A DNA stretch of 16,585 nt, taken from assembly GCF_006345805.1 (NCBI RefSeq), contig NW_021825109.1:1-16585 (forward strand). Direction: 5' to 3'. The notes below the pieces were generated by a model. That model saw only the letters and a list, made by a program, of their open reading frames with translations. It was not told the origin of the DNA and searched no databases. Of this stretch, positions 8,667 to 16,585 are shown in pieces (positions within the stretch are counted from its first letter, which is position 1; each line of letters starts with the position of its first letter). Both the position numbers and the translations under genes were made by a program. Source of the stretch: Octopus sinensis (taxonomy: Eukaryota).

Positions 8667-11600
8667 TGGTTGTGTGAATGCGCGTGGCTTGGGGTCTCCT
8701 TGGAAACAAGGATACCTCCTAAATGACATCAAGTCACATGATTTGGGAATCATAGCCATAAGTGAGACCAGACTCCACGAGCCACGGGCCCTAAAGTCCA
8801 TGTTTGGCGGACAGTTTTAACATTTATTTCGCTCCCTGTCTGCCGAGGATGGGCGGTAGTGGCACCGCGGTACTTTTTCACAAGAGCCTGGATCTCGAAG
8901 TCAAGACGATATTCGTAGACCCGGAGGGTAGACTGATCGTTCTGGATGTTGACGGCAGCAATGGGTGCGCTTTTCGACTCGTATCAGTCTACGCACCGCC
9001 CTTAACAGGTCGGGCGGATTTCTTTCGACGTCTAGAAGTATTCTTGGGAACGTCTCGTCCTTTACTCTTAGTGGGGGATTGGAATGCTACCTTGGACACG
9101 CATGTAGACTACGTGGGTAGAGACAGAAACAGAAGGGGATGCAAATGCCTCAGAGACCTGCTCAGACGATTCCAACTGTCTGACAGGTACCGACTCGACC
9201 ACCCAAATGCACCAACGTGGACATGGAGCAACCGCAGTGGGTCGTCGAGATCGTATCTAGATAGGATACTGTGTAGGACAGTAGACAAGGATAACTTAGG
9301 ATGTCCACAATTCCACACAGTCAGCTACACGGATCACAAATTGGTGACGTGTACGCTAGACTTAGATAAGGCACATAGACAGGGTCCTGGGTACTGGAAA
9401 CTGAACGCATCATTCCCGTCCAGACAAGTTTTCAGAGACCGGATTAGCACACTAGTAAAGAGGGCTTTGACGGGAGCCATCATCAACAACAAATGGTGGT
9501 TTGCCCTCAAGAGAGCAGTAAAAGCAGAAGCGATTAGGTACAGCAAAGCACTAGCCATAGATAGAAATAGAGTAGAGGGTGAGCTAGTTAAGAAGCTAAA
9601 AGAGGCAATTAGAAGCGGCATCGCATCCGACGTTTTGGCGGCGAGGTTGGCCCTCGACCAACACTTCAACGCCAAACACGAAGGATGTGCTGTCAGAGCT
9701 AGGATGCGTGCTCTAAGGAACGAAGGTGTTGGAGCCGCGAGAGAGGCCCGGGTGGCAGAGGCGCAACAGGGCAACAAAGCCACCATTCGGTCACTGGTAG
9801 ATGAACAGGGGCGCGAATTGCTCGAGCCAAGTAAAATGTGTGAGGCCTTTCAGCAGCATTTTGCCCGACTGTTCGGGACGAGTGGAGGGCAAGAACGTAG
9901 GGTAGACTTCAGTGCCTACCTACATAGCCTGCCACGACTCTCGACAAGAAAGGCAGGGTGCTGCGAAGGTGCCATCACGGCGGCGGAAGTGCGGGAAGCG
10001 ATGGCAGAATGCTCGAGGGACAAATCACCGGGTTTGGATGGTCTACCCTACGAATTTTAATATTGTATGCCAGACTTGTTTGGAGACGTCTTGGCAGCGG
10101 TATACTGCAACTGGCAGCAAAACGGGGCATACCCGGTTTTGTGAGTCGAGGAGCTGTAACTCTGCTGAAGAAAGATCCAAACAAGGAAACATTATAGATA
10201 ACTTTAGGCCAATCACTTGCTCAATGCAGACCTGAAAATTTTGACAAAGGTGTTAGCCAAGAGGTTGGCGCTTGTCATGGAGAAACTGGTCGACAACGCA
10301 CAAACGTGCGCCGTGCCGGGCCGGAGCATCCATGACAACCTCCATCTGATGCGCTACATCATAGACAGGGTAGTTAACGAACCTGGCATGGGTGGGGCCC
10401 TGATCAACTTGGATCAATCGAAAGCCTTTGATAGGGTAGACCATCGATACTTGGGGGCAGTCCTGAGAGCGGCTGGTTTCGGTCCCGTCTTCCGCGGCTG
10501 GATAGCTGCCTTGTACAGAGGCATCCGTTCGGTAATTCGCGTAAATGGACATCTATCGAGACCCTTCGACATTGCACGTTCGGTCCGTCAGGGATGCCCC
10601 CTCTCGGCGCTTCTATACGTATTGACTCTTGAGCCACTGCTGCGGAAGCTGGCGACTCTGAGGGGCATCCCGCGAGAATTAGGATGCGGGACGAGCGTGT
10701 CTGCATACGCGGACGACGTCACCGTCATAGTGTCAAGCCACGAGCACATCGAGCGGGTCGGCGAGACACTGAAAGACTACGAAGCGGTGACAGGAGCAAA
10801 AATCAACCGGGAAAAGTCAGTGGGCTTGCGGCTCGGCACCTGGAGAAGCAACCCATGCCGTCCACCAGTACCTCCGTCGTGGGACGCTGGACAGACGGCC
10901 CGGCTGAGTTGCTCGGGGTCTGGTTCGGTCCGGACCTCCAAATGGAGAAGAACTGGAACGAGATAACGAGTAGGGTGGTCACTCTCGCCAGCAATGGGCC
11001 GAGAGGAAACTGTCCCTAAAAGGTCGGGCGGAGGTGGTGAACGCGTACATCGCGTCCATCATCTACTACCGCCTGACCGTCGTACCTTGTCCCGACCCTA
11101 CCATCACCAAACTAGAACGCATCCTCTTCCGCTTCTTGTGGAAAGGATGCGTCCCGATGGTCAGGCGATCCATTTGCTGTCAACACCCGTTAAAAGAGGG
11201 CTGGGCATGCCGTGGTTGATGATGCGCAGACACGCGCTGAGACTGCGACATCTCCGGCTCTATGTAGACGACGGTGAACAGGTGTGGTCGCCGTTTGTGA
11301 GGCACGCATTCCCGCAACTCGTCTCCATGACCGAACTACAGTCGTGGATCAAAAAGAGGCCGAAGAAGGGCGAATGGCACCGCGAGTGTCGCGTTGCTCT
11401 CAAGCAACTCTGCCGTCCCGGGTCGACCTTGAGTGACTTCAACACAACCAAAGCATTCTATAGGGGATTAGTGGAGGGGAGGTACGACGACGAGCTCGGG
11501 GCAAACTTGGGCGTCGACGAGGAATACCTGACCCGCCTGTTTCAAACGACTTTCGGCCCGGACCTATGGACAACTTCCAGAGATCCCTGGCCTGGCGGTG

Positions 11601-12085
11601 CTACCGAGAAGCGCTACCCGTTCGGGATAAGCTCTATAGGCATGGCTCGAGAAACACGGGGCCGACCTGCCCGAGATGCGGGCAGAGCGACGAAACCGCT
11701 CTGCACGCAATCGTGCAGTGTCCAGCAATTTCCCACTGTGGGCTTATGTCGAACGACTGCTGTCACGTGTGGGACGTGTCGGTCTATCAGCCGAGTCTAT
11801 CGTTAATATCGTCACGCCTCCTTCCTTCAAACGGGAAGGAAGAGCTATTTTTATCATACTTGTGGCTATGGCGAAAGAATGTATCTGGTGGACGCGTCTG
11901 AAAGGATTAGAGACAAACACTTTCCTCTCTGGTCAATCTCTCATCAACTTCTTCAAGTATCACTTGAAGAAAAAAGTGAGAGTAGAGAGGCAAGTTTTGT
12001 CTAGTGAATGTTTTAAAAAAGATGGGTGAATGTAGCAAGGATGGCACGTATGAATGACGAAGCCACCTTGACTATGATTCTATGA
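8665..12085 (+). pseudogene. LINE ORF2 (AP endonuclease, reverse transcriptase, C-terminal zinc-binding motif), lacking its start and frameshifted
   Basis: EN motifs IGCVNARGL, IAISET, LVSVYAP, LVGDWNA, YLDRIL, TDHKLV; linker GPGYWKLN. RT motifs SPGLDGLPYEF, NFRPIT/LNADLKILTKVLAKRL, LDQSKAFDRVDH, VRQGCPLS, YADDVT, GAKINREKS. C-terminal CPRCGQSDETALHAIVQC. Breaks near 8804, 10058 (stop), 10130, 10187, 10217, 10850, 11000 and later. Inferred stop at 12083-12085. Confidence 0.95.
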
Positions 12086-12507
12086 ACCGTAAAAATTAAT
12101 ACAGAGAGTTGCTTATTTGCAAAAAAAAAAAAAAAAAAAGAATATAACATGTGACTTCATTGACCGAGGTTACCGTGGTCTTTTCCGTAGGCTTTTCTTT
12201 CCACGGGTAAACCTCACCTGTCCTCCCCTTTACACTTCATATTGACATCTCTGTGATAACGATCCCTATTGATCAATTTTTTTTCCTCTCCCCCTTTTTT
12301 TTTTTTTTTTTTTTAACCCCCCCTTTTTTTTGTCATCTTTCTCTCCTTTTACGATCCCTTTTGATCGACCCCCCTTTTTTATTTTATTTTATTTGTTATT
12401 TTATTATTATTATTTTTTTTTAAATTTTTTTTAAACCTTCAAAAGAAAAGCTCTACCTTGTAATTTGTTCTATCTGTGTGCAGCCCTGTGTGGCTAATAA
12501 AGAAACA

Positions 12508-12541
<34 letters not shown>

Positions 12542-12552
12542 ACTGACTATCT

Positions 12553-14035
<1,483 letters not shown>

Positions 14036-14039
14036 AAAG

Positions 14040-14292
14040 GAGCATGGCAGTGTTGTCAGAGGTTTGATTCGTATTTACTTGGTTTCGAATTGATTCATAC
14101 TGCGCGACACACGGAGGAAGTGTCTTCTACTACAGCCTCAAGCCAGCCAATGCGTTGTGAGTAAATTGGTAGACGGAAACTCGAAGAAACTCTCATATAG
14201 GTGCGTGCGTCTCTGTGTGACCCACCACAATTAGACAACCCCGATGCTGGTCTGTTTACGTCCCCGTAACTTATCCGTTCGGCAAAAAGAAT
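14040..14292 (+). mobile_element. Degenerate tRNA-derived SINE (5' and middle parts)
   Basis: GTGTCTTCTACTACAGCCTC...CCAA..CG.TTGTGAGT.AATTGGTAGACGGAAACT.GAAGAA aligns with 15055-15125. It is followed by GACAACC.CGATGCTGG.CTGTTTACGTCCCCGTAACTTA.C.GTTCGGCAAAA, the middle of the same family as I recall it. Confidence 0.65.
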
Positions 14293-14659
14293 ACATACTT
14301 ACATTCTCACATACGTGGGTATGTATGCATGCATGTGTGCGTATTTGTGTCTATGTGTGTGTGTCTGTGCGCGTGTGTGTGTGTGTATTTGTGTATGTAT
14401 ATATATATATATGCATTTGAGACAGTATTAAATTAAAATAGCCATCTGGTTTGTATGCATAAAGTATGAAGGTACATTGACGGCTCTTTCTCACTCTTTC
14501 TATTTTCGCTGGAACGAGTGCTTAACACCGCATTGGTGAATAAATAATTTCTTTATTTGTGAAATAAGACTACCATTGGTTTCATTTTAAGAAGAGTAGA
14601 ATATCCAAGTGTCTAAATAAATTTTCAAGCCGATCACATGGAGAAAGGTGTTCGCCTCC

Positions 14660-14695
<36 letters not shown>

Positions 14696-14974
14696 GTATG
14701 TGCTTGCATGTGGTTTCATATTCGCCTATACACCTTGTAGTATACTGTTTGAAGCTTATTCTCAGTACTCCGCTTCCCTGACAGCAACAACAATATGGAG
14801 GTGCATGACACTGCATTTACTTCAGGAACCCCTCTGTATTTGAAAGCGAGACGGGAAATAATAAAAGGAGGACATTTCAGAAAGTCGAAAAGTCACCCGA
14901 GAATACACATATGCACCTACGAGGCACCAGAACCGCAGGCTCGAAAAGATCGTAGTGAATAAAAAGTCTTATAC

Positions 14975-15131
14975 AGTAGTGGCTGTGAAGTAAGAAGCTT
15001 GCTCCCAACCACATGGTTCCGAGTTCAGTCCCACCGCGTGGCACATTAGGCCTATGTCTTCTACTATAGTCTCGGGCCGACCAAAGCCTTGTGAATGGAT
15101 TTGTAGATGGAAGCTGAAAGAAGCCTGTCGT
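14975..15131 (+). mobile_element. tRNA-derived SINE 5' part with Pol III A/B-box-like head
   Basis: GTGGCTGTGAAGTAAG (A-box-like) and GAGTTCAGTCCC (B-box-like), then body TGTCTTCTACTATAG.CTCGGGCCGACCAAAGCCTTGTGA...GAAAGAAGCCTGTCGTATAT. Confidence 0.75.
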
Positions 15132-15145
15132 ATATATATATATAT

Positions 15146-15830
15146 AGTAAGGAAAAATTTTTTTAAAAATGCAGAATGCTCAAATGAAAGAAAATTTTAA
15201 TAAAATGAGAAATTGATAAAATATATAACTATATTTATTCAACCGGTTTTCGTCATTGTATGACTTGTTAAGAATATTTATGTTTTAAAAAGTTTTTTTA
15301 AAAATTAGAAAGGGGAGAAAAAGAAAATTGCATGTTTTTTGCAAAAGAATAATGATAAAAATGTACAAAAATTAAAAAATAAGTACTCCGATACATTGTG
15401 AGTTCGTTGTGTATCTTGAGTTTTATGATTGTTCACGAAAAAATTACCTTGAGGTATTAAGATCCAAAGGGATTAAGAGCATGTGTTGTGTGGTTTAATT
15501 CAGCATGTTGGCAGGACAGGAAGTAGTAGTAATTGTGGTTCTTCAGTTCCTGTGTTGTGAGTAAGGGGAGACAACTCTTTTGAGTTCTTCAATACGGGCT
15601 GTTGGTAAAACCCAAATTATAAAATTATCATTTTAGCTTCATTTGCGTTATCTTTTTTATATAATTGCTTGTTAACTTAACTTTCAGATTTTAACACTTT
15701 ATTTATATTATTTTCTAATTATATAAATCTGCATAGACAATTGCATTTCAAATTGTCATATCATTTATAATAAAAATGATAGTAATAACATTCTGAGCAT
15801 TCTGCATTTAAAAAACAATTTTTCCTTACT
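15146..15830. mobile_element. AT-rich MITE / non-autonomous DNA transposon with 36-bp TIRs
   Basis: AGTAAGGAAAAATTTTTTTAAAAATGCAGAATGCTC (15146-15181) versus the reverse complement of 15795-15830, 33/36 match. TAT on both flanks is a possible TSD, but weak because the left flank is a TA run. No ORF. Confidence 0.75.
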
Positions 15831-15875
15831 TATCATTTCTCCACGTGCGGTCAACACAACCCCACCATTTATTGA

Positions 15876-15914
<39 letters not shown>

Positions 15915-15932
15915 AAATATATATATATTATT

Positions 15933-16056
15933 AGAATAAGTATTAGGCTTAGAAAGAAGAAGTCCTGAGGTCGATTTGTTTGACTAAAGGTGGTACTCCA
16001 GCATGGCCGCAGTCAAATGACTGAAACAGGTAAATGAATAAAAGAATAAAAGAATA
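15933..16056 (+). mobile_element. SINE 3' part (same family as 1-110)
   Basis: AGAATAAGTATTAGGCTT...GTCCTGAGGTCGATTTGTTTGACTAAAGG.GGT.CTCCAGCATGGCCGCAGTCAAATGACTGAAACA...AAAGAATAAAAGAATA aligns with 1-110. Confidence 0.72.
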
Positions 16057-16107
16057 GTCGCCAACTAAATCTAACTACGATTGTCGACACATTTAGTTGG
16101 CGACTAT
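16054..16107. repeat. Perfect 17-bp inverted repeat with a 20-nt loop
   Basis: ATAGTCGCCAACTAAAT (16054-16070) and ATTTAGTTGGCGACTAT (16091-16107). Confidence 0.9.
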
Positions 16108-16178
16108 AATTCTCCTTTATTGTATAACATTGCACTTCACTGGTTTTAGTAATATATATATATAGTAATATATATATA

Positions 16179-16585
16179 AAAAAAAAAATCTCAAATCGCC
16201 TAAACAAACAAATTGAAAGCAGTGAAAAGTCCCGCCTGAAAATAAAACTGTTGGAAATTGAAAATTGTCTGCAACTCTCCCATGAGAAGGAAAGAGCAGA
16301 CAAAGAAGCCTGGGCTATAGACAACATAAAAACTAACCCCAGAGCTTTCTACAGGTATGCCAAAGAAACAGCTACGGTGCACTGTAGGATAGGGCCACTC
16401 CTTGAAAAGGATGGCACACTCACAGGAAAACCAATGAGGGTAAGTGAAATACTGAATGAACAATTCAATGACTTTTTTACCACTGCAGATATAGAATCAG
16501 AGGCGGCGACGTTAAATTACATCGATATAAAGGAAGATGATGTAATAAAGGCTATAGATGAAATGAAAATAGACTCAGCTATTGG
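16179..16585 (+). mobile_element. CR1-like LINE ORF2 fragment (EN-RT linker to start of RT), 5'-truncated and continuing past the window edge
   Basis: Uninterrupted frame ISNRLNKQ...AIDNIKTNPRAFYRYAK...IGPLLEKDGTLTG...SEILNEQFNDFFT...IDIKEDDVIKAIDEMKIDSAIG, typical of the CR1-type linker that precedes the GPDG motif. It is missing from the ORF track, probably because no stop falls inside the window. Confidence 0.8.

Larger units (their letters stand above)
6278..12540. mobile_element. L1/Tx1-clade non-LTR retrotransposon, near full length, with the 5' half (6278-8666) inverted relative to ORF2
   Basis: Gag-like CCHC ORF1 on the minus strand, APE-RT ORF2 on the plus strand, a pyrimidine-rich 3'UTR, AATAAA (12496-12501) and an (ATCT)n tail (12509-12540). 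Re-inversion restores ORF1 - 50-nt spacer - ATG GTC AAG ATT GGT TGT GTG AAT. Confidence 0.88.

Noticed and set aside
9109-11451. Minus-strand ORFs inside ORF2 (for example 9334-9786 and 10253-10552)
   Set aside because: They are antisense shadows of the GC-richer RT gene. No evidence for an ORF0-like antisense gene.
6339-12085. Reading ORF1 and ORF2 as two unrelated elements inserted back to back
   Set aside because: The two junctions reconstitute one in-frame ORF2 start exactly, with a plausible ORF1-ORF2 spacer, which chance juxtaposition would not produce.
14767-14962. Roughly 65-codon open frame after a TTATTCTCAG acceptor-like site
   Set aside because: No recognisable protein motif, and the length is expected by chance. 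Only transcript data could support it.
14975-15050. tRNA gene
   Set aside because: A/B-box-like motifs are present, but no full cloverleaf is evident and the sequence continues into a SINE body shared with 14040-14190.

Overview
Eukaryotic, repeat-saturated genomic DNA with no supportable host protein-coding gene. The dense TA/CA/CTAT microsatellites and tRNA-derived SINEs resemble octopus (coleoid cephalopod) repeats as I recall them; the organism call is inference. The centre is a near full-length but frameshifted L1/Tx1-clade LINE (about 6278-12540) sitting in (CTAT)n microsatellite. Its 5' half (leader, gag-like CCHC ORF1 and the first codons of ORF2) is inverted relative to the rest of ORF2. 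Flipping 6278-8666 back rejoins ATGGTCAAGAT to TGGTTGTGTGAAT and restores a canonical endonuclease N-terminus (MVKIGCVNARGL), with AGAT/ATCT microhomology to the microsatellite at both junctions. A second, 5'-truncated copy of the same LINE follows in the first copy's (CTAT)n tail. The rest is nested TE debris: a putative Helitron-like non-autonomous element (706-3735) enclosing a SINE, a roughly 140-bp tandem duplication and an internally deleted piggyBac; three foldback/MITE-like inverted repeats; two short hairpins; several SINE fragments; and an open CR1-like ORF2 fragment running off the right edge.
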